NCBI GenBank assembly: GCA_050872745.1
Contig: JBNMHL010000001.1
Location: 36,842-100,841 of the forward strand
DNA: 64,000 bases
DNA from: Clostridiales bacterium
GTDB taxonomy: Bacteria > Bacillota > Clostridia > Christensenellales > UBA1242
Direction: 5' to 3'
The notes under the pieces are model-generated. The model did no database searches. It saw only the letters and a program-made list of their open reading frames with translations, and had not been told where the DNA came from. The position numbers and the translations under genes were made by a program. This document shows positions 32,420-41,010 of the stretch, piece after piece; position 1 is the stretch's first letter; every line of letters begins with the position of its first letter.

Positions 32420-32613
32420 AAGATAATTAAATATTTCAATTTGCCATAGACAGCAAGTTTGCTAAATTAATAATTCAGAATTGTTTTAACTTAGCATTTA
32501 ATTCTAGAAATAGGGCTTGCCGAGGTGAGTGTTAATGAGTGAATTCTTTCTTCCTTAATGCTTTCATGGCATTAAGGAATTTTTTAATTAAATATTAAAG
32601 AAAAGGAGAGAAA
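32420..32613 (+). promoter_or_regulatory. rplJ (L10) leader with attenuator
   Basis: A ~190-nt leader lies between the promoter and rplJ. It has a long-range GCAAG/CTTGC helix and ends in a perfect terminator hairpin. The position and architecture match the Bacillota L10 leader. Confidence 0.6.
32551..32586 (+). terminator. Leader (attenuator) terminator upstream of rplJ
   Basis: TTCCTTAATGC (32551-32561) pairs with GCATTAAGGAA (32569-32579) around a 7-nt loop, followed by TTTTTT. It lies 28 nt before the rplJ ATG. Confidence 0.8.
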
Positions 32614-33102
32614 ATGGGAGCAAATTTAGATAGTAAAAAAGAATTAGTTTCAACTATTGTTGACCAATTCAAAAATGCAAAATCAATCATTTTTGTTGAC
32701 TATCGTGGTATCACTGTTGCTGAAGACACAAATCTTCGTTCTGATTTCAGAAAAGATGGCGTTACTTACAAAGTTTATAAAAATAGATTAATGCTTCGTG
32801 CTTTAAATGAACTTGGTGTTCAAAACCTTGACGAAAAGATGTTCGAAGGCACAACAGCTGTTGCATTCTCAGATGATGAAGTTGCACCAGCTAGAATTTT
32901 CGTTGATAATTCATCTAAATTAAACAAAATGTCTGTTAAATTTGGTATTGTTAATGGAAATATAATGAGCAAACAAGAAGTTGAAGCATTAGCAAAAATA
33001 CCTTCAAAACCAGTACTTATCTCTATGTTACTTGGTGCATTGCAAGGTCCAATTGCCTCACTTGCTAGAGGCTTAAACGAAATAGCAAAAAAGCAAGCTT
33101 AA
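32614..33102 (+). CDS. rplJ: 50S ribosomal protein uL10
   Basis: 162 aa; FVDYRGITVAEDTNLR. Confidence 0.97.
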   Translation: MGANLDSKKELVSTIVDQFKNAKSIIFVDYRGITVAEDTNLRSDFRKDGVTYKVYKNRLMLRALNELGVQNLDEKMFEGTTAVAFSDDEVAPARIFVDNSSKLNKMSVKFGIVNGNIMSKQEVEALAKIPSKPVLISMLLGALQGPIASLARGLNEIAKKQA

Positions 33103-33180
33103 TTAAATAATTGATTTAATTAAAGCAAATTAATTATAAAAAAATTAAAAATTTAAAATTAAAAATAAGGAGAAATTAAA

Positions 33181-33555
33181 ATGGCTGATTTAAATAAATT
33201 AGTAGAAGAAATCGAGAAATTAACAGTTCTAGAAGTTAGTGAATTAGTTAAAATGTTAGAAGAAAAATTCGGAGTTAGTGCTGCTGCTCAAGTTGCTGTT
33301 GCAGGTCCAGTTGCTGGCGGTGCTGCTGCTGAAGCTGAAGAAAAGAGCGAATTCAATGTTGTTCTTAAAGAAGTTGGAGCAAACAAAATTGCAGTTATCA
33401 AAATCGTTAAAGAAATCACAGGTTTAGGTTTAGGCGAAGCTAAAGCTAAAGTTGATGGTGCTCCTTGCACAATTAAAGAAAATGTTGCAACAGAAGAAGC
33501 TAAATCTATTGAAGCTAAATTAAAAGAAGCTGGCGCAACTGTTGAATTAAAGTAA
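33181..33555 (+). CDS. rplL: 50S ribosomal protein bL12 (L7/L12)
   Basis: [23 protein letters not shown]..., an Ala-rich hinge, then [19 protein letters not shown]. Confidence 0.98.
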   Translation: MADLNKLVEEIEKLTVLEVSELVKMLEEKFGVSAAAQVAVAGPVAGGAAAEAEEKSEFNVVLKEVGANKIAVIKIVKEITGLGLGEAKAKVDGAPCTIKENVATEEAKSIEAKLKEAGATVELK

Positions 33556-33586
33556 TTTAATTTAAAAAATTTATTGAATAAATAAT

Positions 33587-33620
33587 AAAAAAATTCACTT
33601 GAAATAAAGTGAATTTTTTT
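33587..33620. terminator. Bidirectional intrinsic terminator between convergent rplL and rplI
   Basis: A-run plus ATTCACTT (to 33600) pairs with AAGTGAAT plus a T-run (33607-33620) around a 6-nt loop. It is readable as a terminator on both strands. Confidence 0.85.
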
Positions 33621-33755
33621 ATGTAATAAATCAAAAATGAAACACCAGTGATTAAATCATATTTAGTTAAAATGAATACTCTACTAAGAATATCAAATAC
33701 TTGAATAATCATTTTAATAATAAAAATGCATTACATGTTTACGCTTGTATTCATA

Positions 33756-34196
33756 TTATTCTGGAATTACTTCAACTGGAATTGAAATAGTAACAGTTGG
33801 GTGAAGTTTAACTTTTGCAGTGTATGATCCTATTGATTTTATAGTTGCAACCTCGATTTTCTTTTTATAAATATCAAAGCCTTTTTTAATAAGGTCCTCA
33901 GAAATTTCTTTGTTTGTAACAGAGCCGAAAACCTTACCATTTGCTCCGCATTTAATAGAAAGTGAAACTTGAATATTTTTTAATTTTTCACCAAGTTCAA
34001 CTGCTCTTAACCTTGCTTGTTCAGCTTGGTATATATTACTTTCTTGGGCTTGTTTTGCTTCATTAAGGTTAACTGCATTTCCTACCTTAGCAAGTCCATT
34101 AGGTATCAAATAATTAGATGCATAACCATCATTAACGGTTATTATGTCGCCTTTTTTGCCTTTTCCTTTAATGTCTTTTAATAAAACAACTTTCAT
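33756..34196 (-). CDS. rplI: 50S ribosomal protein bL9
   Basis: MKVVLLKDIKGKGKKGDIITVNDGYASNYLIPNGLA. GGAGGT lies 4 nt upstream of ATG 34196, and the ORF-track start at 34208 falls inside that SD. Confidence 0.95.
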   Translation of the reverse strand: MKVVLLKDIKGKGKKGDIITVNDGYASNYLIPNGLAKVGNAVNLNEAKQAQESNIYQAEQARLRAVELGEKLKNIQVSLSIKCGANGKVFGSVTNKEISEDLIKKGFDIYKKKIEVATIKSIGSYTAKVKLHPTVTISIPVEVIPE

Positions 34197-34217
34197 AATT
34201 ACCTCCAATATACATTA

Positions 34218-34247
34218 AGTTTACAACCATTTAAATGTTTTTGTCAA
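34218..34247 (-). promoter_or_regulatory. Sigma-A type promoter of rplI
   Basis: On the minus strand: TTGACA (34247-34242), 18-nt spacer, TAAACT (34223-34218). Confidence 0.65.
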
Positions 34248-34440
34248 TTAAAATAACCTTTAATTATTAATCTAGATTATTAGGTTAGTGGTTATCTGCA
34301 TTTATATATTATCCTTACAAAAAAGCTACCAGATTAAATTTGATGTAGTTTTTGCATAATTTTTAAAAAATAATTTTATTTAAGTAAAATTGAATAAAAA
34401 AGCTTATAAATAGCAAACTAATATAAAGAGGTGAATTTAT

Positions 34441-34761
34441 ATGGATTTAAAATGTAAAAAGTTAAATTGCAAACATAATAATTGCTATGCATGTATGAGC
34501 AGTGATATTAAGGTAACTAATAAGTGTGAATGTGCAACATTTGAAGAGGCTGATCATGTTGATGCAAAACAAAAACAAAACATTCCCAAAACAATGTTTG
34601 AAACTGCACCAGATATGCATCCTTATAGGCATAATAAACTTGTTGGAATAAAATGTGATGCAAAGTGCTTATTTAATGAAGATTGCCATTGCAAAGCAAA
34701 TGGTATTTGTGTTTGTAATGATGATTGCAAAGCAACTTGTGCAACATTTGTTGAAAAATAG
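34441..34761 (+). CDS. Cysteine-rich protein with two DUF1540-like modules
   Basis: KCKKLNCKHNNCYACMSSDIKVTNKCECATFEE and IKCDAKCLFNEDCHCKANGICVCNDDCKATCATFVEK both end in C-x-T-F. SD AAAGAGGTGA is present. Confidence 0.5.
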   Translation: MDLKCKKLNCKHNNCYACMSSDIKVTNKCECATFEEADHVDAKQKQNIPKTMFETAPDMHPYRHNKLVGIKCDAKCLFNEDCHCKANGICVCNDDCKATCATFVEK

Positions 34762-34762
34762 T

Positions 34763-34806
34763 AAAAAACACTTTTAAGAAATTATAAATCTTAAAAGTGT
34801 TTTTTA
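34763..34806. terminator. Bidirectional intrinsic terminator between convergent genes
   Basis: AACACTTTTAAGA (34767-34779) pairs with TCTTAAAAGTGTT (34789-34801). It is flanked by an A-run and a T-run. Confidence 0.85.
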
Positions 34807-34877
34807 GTTATGTGTACTTAATTGTTTTTTATAATAATTAGGAATTTTATAAAAACGTTATTATTAGGGTTATTAAA

Positions 34878-35606
34878 TTATTTTTTCTTTGTGAAATTCG
34901 CAAATATCATAAGCATTCTTAAGAAGTATACTAAAGAAACAATCAACGATGCAACATATGTTAGGGCAGCAGCATCTAAAACAGACTTTGCTTGTGTTAA
35001 TTCACCATCATTTAAAGTATTAGTTTCCTTAAGCATAGCCAACGCTCTTTTGCTTGCATTTTTTTCAATTGGTAAAGTAATTAAAGCAAATAGAAAAGAC
35101 ATTCCATAGAACACAACATATCCTAGTAAAAAGTACGAGAAAAAGCTATATGAAAGAGCAGGTGAAACGCAAAAAGAGCCAATAATTCCAGCGATAAGTA
35201 TAACCCACATAAACCTACTCATAAAGTTTGCGATAGGGTATAGCACTTGCTTAATTTTGATAAAAGCATATCCTTCTTTGTATTGAATTGCATGTCCAAT
35301 TTCGTGTGCAACAACGCCTAAAGCTGCAACACTTGTTGAATCATAAATACCATCGCTTAGAGCTATAACTTGCCTTTTATGGTCGTAGTAATCGGTTAAT
35401 TCGCCACCAATTTTTATTATCTGGATATTTTGTAAACCAAGAGAATCTAAAACAATTCTAGCAAATTGATAAGCAGGCATTGCTTGAGATGTTGTTATTT
35501 CACTGTATTTTGAATAAGTTACTCTAACTCTTATTTCAGCATAAACCGTTATAATAATTAGTATCATGGCAACTGAAATTGAGCCTATATAAATGGGATA
35601 TATCAT
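34878..35606 (-). CDS. Membrane zinc metallopeptidase (YugP / Zn_peptidase_2-like), paralog 2
   Basis: N-terminal TM segment, then LTDYYDHKRQVIALSDGIYDSTSVAALGVVAHEIGHAIQ (HExxH), then C-terminal TM helices. Confidence 0.8.
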   Translation of the reverse strand: MIYPIYIGSISVAMILIIITVYAEIRVRVTYSKYSEITTSQAMPAYQFARIVLDSLGLQNIQIIKIGGELTDYYDHKRQVIALSDGIYDSTSVAALGVVAHEIGHAIQYKEGYAFIKIKQVLYPIANFMSRFMWVILIAGIIGSFCVSPALSYSFFSYFLLGYVVFYGMSFLFALITLPIEKNASKRALAMLKETNTLNDGELTQAKSVLDAAALTYVASLIVSLVYFLRMLMIFANFTKKK

Positions 35607-36334
35607 TTTTTTCTCCTTTTATTTTTTTTCTTAGTTGCAAATTTAAGAAATATAATTTCATCAAAAAAGTTTGCAATATATGTTCTTGATGCAACTCGAA
35701 GTAATTTTTTTACTTTATGTAGTTCGCTTAATGTTAAATATTTGTTTTCCTTTAAATATCTTAAAGCAAAATTGCTTGCACCCATTTCAACTGGTATTAG
35801 TAGTATATTCTTTAAACAATGTAAACCAAAAAGTGCAAAAGATATATACAATAAAGTAGTTGCAACATCGCTTCTTAAATACATCGCTATTATTGCTGAG
35901 AATAAAAATATCAAAATAAATTTACTTGTGAAATTCGTTAATGAGCGAATCCAATTTGTTATAATAAAAAGTGGATTCTTATTGTGGTCTTGCACGGCAT
36001 GCCCAAGCTCGTGCCCAATTATAGCAAGTGAGGCGATAGATGGAAAATCACAAACTGCTTCGCTCATCATAAGTGTTTTTGATTTTGGACTATAACAATC
36101 GGTTAATGTGCCATCAATTAAAGCAAGTTTAATATTGAGGTGGAGTTGTTGTTTTGCTGATATCGCGAACTCTTTTCCTGTTGTGTTTGTGTGATTTCGT
36201 TCTTCCGAAAATTTATTGTACCAATAATAAATTCTAGATCTTGATGTAAACACATCAATGAGGAAAAGTATAATTAAAATTCCACAAGCAATATATATAT
36301 AATACTTTGTTTCCATAGTATTATTATAATTCAA
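35603..36334 (-). CDS. Membrane zinc metallopeptidase (YugP / Zn_peptidase_2-like), paralog 1
   Basis: LTDCYSPKSKTLMMSEAVCDFPSIASLAIIGHELGHAVQ. The architecture matches the downstream gene, and an ATGA overlap (35603-35606) couples the two. Confidence 0.8.
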   Translation of the reverse strand: MNYNNTMETKYYIYIACGILIILFLIDVFTSRSRIYYWYNKFSEERNHTNTTGKEFAISAKQQLHLNIKLALIDGTLTDCYSPKSKTLMMSEAVCDFPSIASLAIIGHELGHAVQDHNKNPLFIITNWIRSLTNFTSKFILIFLFSAIIAMYLRSDVATTLLYISFALFGLHCLKNILLIPVEMGASNFALRYLKENKYLTLSELHKVKKLLRVASRTYIANFFDEIIFLKFATKKKNKRRKK

Positions 36335-36359
36335 TTTGTTTTTTTTAACAAGTAATTAT

Positions 36360-37304
36360 TTAAAAACTCTCTAAATCGTTTATCAAATTATTTTCAAAAG
36401 TAAACTTGATTTTTTTGGTTGATTCGGTGCTTCTAATTATATATATAGTGTCGTTCCTATTATATGAATCAAAAAATATTTTTTCAATTTTTCCAAAAAA
36501 TTTAGATATGTTTTCTTCGCTCATATTTTCTTGAAGTTGGGGTGAAAGCTTTGTCATAGCTTGAGATATGTCATTATTTTTTATTGCCATCAAAAATTGA
36601 TAAGCTGTTAATTCATTTATATTTGCATTTCTGGGTTTAGATAAATATATTGAGTTGTTGGATAGTTTTCCATCATTAAAATTAAAATCGTAAATGGTTG
36701 CATAATTACATACATTATCACATCTAACAAGAAATTTAAGTTTATTTTCAACTTCTTCAATTGTTTCACAGACTAAATTGCAAACGCATTCAAGTGAATT
36801 TATATCAACTATGCATATTTGGAAATTCCCATTAGTTAAACAGTTTTTATAAACAATATAGTTTCCATATTGTTTGGCTAGGGAGTTAGTTATGCAATGA
36901 TTTGAATTAATTATCTTTTTTAAAACATTATTTTCGTAGATATAAATATTTGTTGGGTTTGTTTGAACTGTGGTAAAAATCTTACCGAAATTAAATGTTA
37001 TTAAATTATTTATTTGGCTAGTGGAAACAATAGGATTTAATTTAATTTCAAAATGATTGTTTGAAAATTCAATGATTTCAACTTGGTCACCATTGCATTT
37101 TGGAACTCCATTAAGCATTTGAATTGATTGTGTGTAGGGTAAATATTGAATTTTGTTTGATATTGGATTAAATGTAATATAAAATTTGGTACCTGATTCA
37201 ACTTCAAAGTCGCAATATTCATTTACCCGGCAGTGTTTAACAAATTCGCTGTTAACCCTTAATTCAAATTCAACATCACTACAAAAATGTAGATAGCTTT
37301 TCAT
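36360..37304 (-). CDS. Hypothetical protein (314 aa), first gene of the peptidase operon
   Basis: The ORF ends 25 nt upstream of the peptidase paralog. SD AGCGAGGAATCAAG lies before the ATG (minus strand). I recognise no family. Confidence 0.7.
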   Translation of the reverse strand: MKSYLHFCSDVEFELRVNSEFVKHCRVNEYCDFEVESGTKFYITFNPISNKIQYLPYTQSIQMLNGVPKCNGDQVEIIEFSNNHFEIKLNPIVSTSQINNLITFNFGKIFTTVQTNPTNIYIYENNVLKKIINSNHCITNSLAKQYGNYIVYKNCLTNGNFQICIVDINSLECVCNLVCETIEEVENKLKFLVRCDNVCNYATIYDFNFNDGKLSNNSIYLSKPRNANINELTAYQFLMAIKNNDISQAMTKLSPQLQENMSEENISKFFGKIEKIFFDSYNRNDTIYIIRSTESTKKIKFTFENNLINDLESF

Positions 37305-37411
37305 AACTTGATTCCTCGCTTAATAATATAAATTACTTTATATAATAAATATGACATTTATGTTTTATATATGATATAAGCGGAAATAATCTAATATGAA
37401 AGGAGAATAAT

Positions 37412-37660
37412 ATGGTAAAATTTAGCTTCGTTAAAAAATTTAATCCAAAAAATAAAAACAAGTTTTTAAATATTCATAGAAAACATATAAGTAGTGAAAG
37501 ACCTTATGAAGATGAACTGATTAATTTAATGTTTGAAAAATTAGCAAATCTAATCAAAAAAGTGGGTGTTATGCAAGCGAGTAAAATTCACGATAAAAAC
37601 TGCCAAATTATTAATTTTAATCCAGCTAATAATTCTGATAACGAAGCCTCTCATAAATAA
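37412..37660 (+). CDS. Hypothetical small basic protein (82 aa)
   Basis: AAAGGAGAA SD lies 6 nt before ATG 37412. It is divergent from the 314-aa gene. Confidence 0.55.
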   Translation: MVKFSFVKKFNPKNKNKFLNIHRKHISSERPYEDELINLMFEKLANLIKKVGVMQASKIHDKNCQIINFNPANNSDNEASHK

Positions 37661-37731
37661 TAAACCTTTGATTTAATTTTCTTTATTTGATATAATAAAT
37701 ATTGAAAAGAAAATTTAAGCTAAGGTGAAAA

Positions 37732-40700
37732 ATGAAAGTTAAGATTTTTGTAGGGAAAACAAATAGAGATAGCCTTAAGGCAGTTATTGAAAAATTAAAG
37801 CACAGAGATAAAACTCAAATGCATATTTTAATAACCCCAGATAGAAATGCATTAAATATTGAGAATTTTGTTTTAGAGAATTTGTGTGAGGATTGTGTTA
37901 CTGATATCACGATTTCAACTTTTTCAAGGTTCTCGAGCCAAATCATTCAAAGGTATAATTCTGATAACAAAAAGATGCTCTCGAAGTCGGCGAGTATAGC
38001 TATAATTAAAAACATACTAACAAATAATATGGATAAGTTGAGTTATTATAAAAAAGCAATTAACTACAATGGTTTTTGCTCTGAACTCTACGAAACTATA
38101 TGTATGTTTAAAAGTTGCGGGGTTAAGCCAACTGATATTGTTGAAACCAATAATAATTTTTTAAATCTAAAATTAAAAGATATAAAATTAACATATGAAA
38201 AGTTTGAAGAGTTTTTGAAAAACAGATATACAGATAGTTTCAATAAATTAATTTTATGTTCAAAATTAATTAATTCTGATTTAAAAAATACTAATTTTTA
38301 TTTCATTGATTTTAATGATTTAAACTTTCAAATGTATCAAATTATTCTTGCACTAATAAAGAATTCGAGCAGTGTTAATGTTGCAACGGTGGCAAATTGT
38401 TTTGATGAATTGAATAATAAAGAACTGTTTGTGAATGCTATTTATTACAATATTATTGATTTATGCAAACAGTTAGGTGTTTATTGTGATATTGAAAAAT
38501 GTTCACCGGTTGATTATGTTAAGGATGATTTATATGGATATTCTATAGTGAAAAATGTCAATTATGAAAGGGTTGCTGACTATAAACTGTGTGTTTGTGA
38601 CAATAATCGCCTTGAAATTGACAATTTAGTTTTAAAAATTAAAAAATTGTTTATTGATGGCAAAATAAAATCTTTCAATGATGTTGTTGTTTGTGTTTCC
38701 GATTTAAACCTTTACTATAGGGATTTGGAAAATGCGTTAATAGTATCGAATTTGCCTTACTATATAGATAAGTCGAGTTCAATTAAGGATAATGTTGTTG
38801 TTAGGGCTATTTTAAATATTCTTGAGTTGTTGTGCGGTAACTACGATAAACATAATATTTTATCTTTGCTCAATAATGTGTTGTTTAATTTTGATGATAG
38901 TGTTTATGAATATAATAATTTTATTAATAAATATGGTTTGCAATATGCCAGCTTAATAGATAAATCATTGCTGAATAAAAATATAATCGTTCCAGATAGT
39001 TTAAAAAATGTTTTTTTGTTTTTTGCAATTATATTGAAATATAAGAGTAAAATTGATAGCCTAGGTTCAGTTGAAAGTTTATTAAGTATTTTGCGTGAAT
39101 TATTTGATGAGATTAAGTTTGAGGATAGGGTATTAAATCTTTTTAATAAATTGAAGCAACAGGGTTTAATTATTGAATTTAGGAATTTAGATAAGGTGTG
39201 TGAAAAAATTAAGCAAGCATTTAATGAAATTTTGGAAGTTTTTAAAAATGAGCAATTGTCACTTGAAGGTCTTAAGGGGATTCTTGATTCCTATTTTGAA
39301 GATATTTCTGTGAGCCAACCACCTATAAGTATTGATTCGATTTTTGTTGGTGATGTAAATAATTCTTATTTCACTCCTTGTAAGTATTTGTTTGTTTTGG
39401 GGGCTAATGAAGGAAGCTTTCCAACTTACTCTCAAGACCTTGGTATTGTTAGTGATAAAGAAATCGGACACTTGGATGAAAAAAATAAAATTGCTCCAAC
39501 TATTGCGCTTATTAATAAGAGGCGGAAGTTTAAAGTTTATGAGTTGATGTTTATGGCTGATGTGTGTACATACATATCTTATTGTTCATCTGATGAAAAT
39601 GGAGTTGAGCAATATCAAAATTCTTTTATAACATCGTTGATGAAATTAGATGCTATAAGTGAAGTTGAATATGCTAAACAAACAAATCTATCAAAGTGTT
39701 TGGTTGGTTGTGATGATGATTATTTTATCAATAATCTGAATTATGATACTGCTAAAAATAACTTTGCGTTTGCAATTAAGAATTGGAATTCCTTCTCGAG
39801 TAACGTTGGCTTTAGAGCGTATGTTGATTATCTTGCAAGTGTTCTAAATAAAGAGTGTGATAAAATTTTGGAGTTGAATAAATTTAGGAAAACTTATTTT
39901 AATTTAAGAGCTGAAAACAACAGTTTACTTAGTAACAACTCAATCAGTATTAGTCAATTTGAAACATTTTTTAAGTGCCCATATATGCATTTGGTTAGGT
40001 ATGGTTTAAAACTTAAAGATGAGGAAAAGACAGAATTGCAGGCGAAAGAATTTGGTGATATAATTCACTCTTTCTTGGCTATTTCAGTTAAAGAGTTGTG
40101 CAATAAACCCAATTGTGATGATACTAGTATTAACGATATTGTCAAAAAGTCATTTGATGTAGTTAAAAATATGGAGAAATTTTCTTACATTTTCAGTAAT
40201 AAGTTAAATGCATTTTTTGTTAACTCTTTAGAAGATGAGTGTTTTAGAGTTTTAAAAGCTATTAATAATCAACAAAAATTATCTAATTTCAGGCCTATGA
40301 AAAATGGTTATGAAATACCATTTAGTAAATTTTCCAATTCAATTAAGTTTAATATTGGAGATAAAGAAATAGTTTTAAAAGGTATAATTGATAGAGTTGA
40401 TTTGTGTGGTGATTATTTTAGAGTTATTGATTATAAAACTGGTAGTAATAGTTTTACCGATTTCACTGATTTATACAATGGTAAAAAAATTCAGTTAATA
40501 GTTTATATGAAAGTATTTGGAGATTCTCATAAAAACCTTAAACCGGCAGGTGCTTTATATTTACCAATTAAAAACTCTTATTCAAGTGGCTTAGATATGA
40601 AATACCAGTTGTCAGGCGTTATTAGGAATGAAATTGAAAATATTTTGAATTTTGATGGTAACTTAAACAAGCCAAACTACCGCAGTCCCGTTGTTAATCT

Positions 40701-41010
40701 GGCTACTAAGTCTGATTGTTCTTTTGTTTCTAATTCAACTTCTAATAATTTGTTATTAACTGAAGAGCAAATGAATTATATTTGTGATTTTGCCTTTGAA
40801 TTGATGAGTAGGGCGGTTGAGAAAATGAATGATGGTGTTATTGACGCCGTTCCTCTTGAAGATGATAACTTTAAATGTTGTGCTTATTGCGATTACAAAG
40901 GATTATGTTATTTTGATGAGTCGTTTAATTGCAAAACAAAAAAAGTTGTGAAAGTGAAAAATATTAGTGAACTTAAAAATATAATTGAAAAGGAAAATGA
41001 AATTGATTAA
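37732..41010 (+). CDS. addB: Helicase-nuclease AddAB, subunit AddB (RexB)
   Basis: 1,092 aa. The C-terminal RecB-type nuclease has Fe-S cysteines: FFKCPYMHLVRYGL ... GIIDRVDLCGDYFRVIDYKTG ... CCAYCDYKGLC. The N-terminal Walker A is degenerate (FVGKTNRD). Confidence 0.9.
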   Translation: MKVKIFVGKTNRDSLKAVIEKLKHRDKTQMHILITPDRNALNIENFVLENLCEDCVTDITISTFSRFSSQIIQRYNSDNKKMLSKSASIAIIKNILTNNMDKLSYYKKAINYNGFCSELYETICMFKSCGVKPTDIVETNNNFLNLKLKDIKLTYEKFEEFLKNRYTDSFNKLILCSKLINSDLKNTNFYFIDFNDLNFQMYQIILALIKNSSSVNVATVANCFDELNNKELFVNAIYYNIIDLCKQLGVYCDIEKCSPVDYVKDDLYGYSIVKNVNYERVADYKLCVCDNNRLEIDNLVLKIKKLFIDGKIKSFNDVVVCVSDLNLYYRDLENALIVSNLPYYIDKSSSIKDNVVVRAILNILELLCGNYDKHNILSLLNNVLFNFDDSVYEYNNFINKYGLQYASLIDKSLLNKNIIVPDSLKNVFLFFAIILKYKSKIDSLGSVESLLSILRELFDEIKFEDRVLNLFNKLKQQGLIIEFRNLDKVCEKIKQAFNEILEVFKNEQLSLEGLKGILDSYFEDISVSQPPISIDSIFVGDVNNSYFTPCKYLFVLGANEGSFPTYSQDLGIVSDKEIGHLDEKNKIAPTIALINKRRKFKVYELMFMADVCTYISYCSSDENGVEQYQNSFITSLMKLDAISEVEYAKQTNLSKCLVGCDDDYFINNLNYDTAKNNFAFAIKNWNSFSSNVGFRAYVDYLASVLNKECDKILELNKFRKTYFNLRAENNSLLSNNSISISQFETFFKCPYMHLVRYGLKLKDEEKTELQAKEFGDIIHSFLAISVKELCNKPNCDDTSINDIVKKSFDVVKNMEKFSYIFSNKLNAFFVNSLEDECFRVLKAINNQQKLSNFRPMKNGYEIPFSKFSNSIKFNIGDKEIVLKGIIDRVDLCGDYFRVIDYKTGSNSFTDFTDLYNGKKIQLIVYMKVFGDSHKNLKPAGALYLPIKNSYSSGLDMKYQLSGVIRNEIENILNFDGNLNKPNYRSPVVNLATKSDCSFVSNSTSNNLLLTEEQMNYICDFAFELMSRAVEKMNDGVIDAVPLEDDNFKCCAYCDYKGLCYFDESFNCKTKKVVKVKNISELKNIIEKENEID

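Noticed and set aside
33288-33470. A minus-strand 60-aa ORF inside rplL.
   Set aside because: It is antisense to the GCT/GCA-rich Ala hinge of L7/L12 and is a shadow ORF.
34822-36095. Plus-strand ORFs 34822-35109, 35671-35859 and 35742-36095.
   Set aside because: They are antisense to the two Zn-peptidase genes, whose HExxH motifs and TM pattern identify the true strand.
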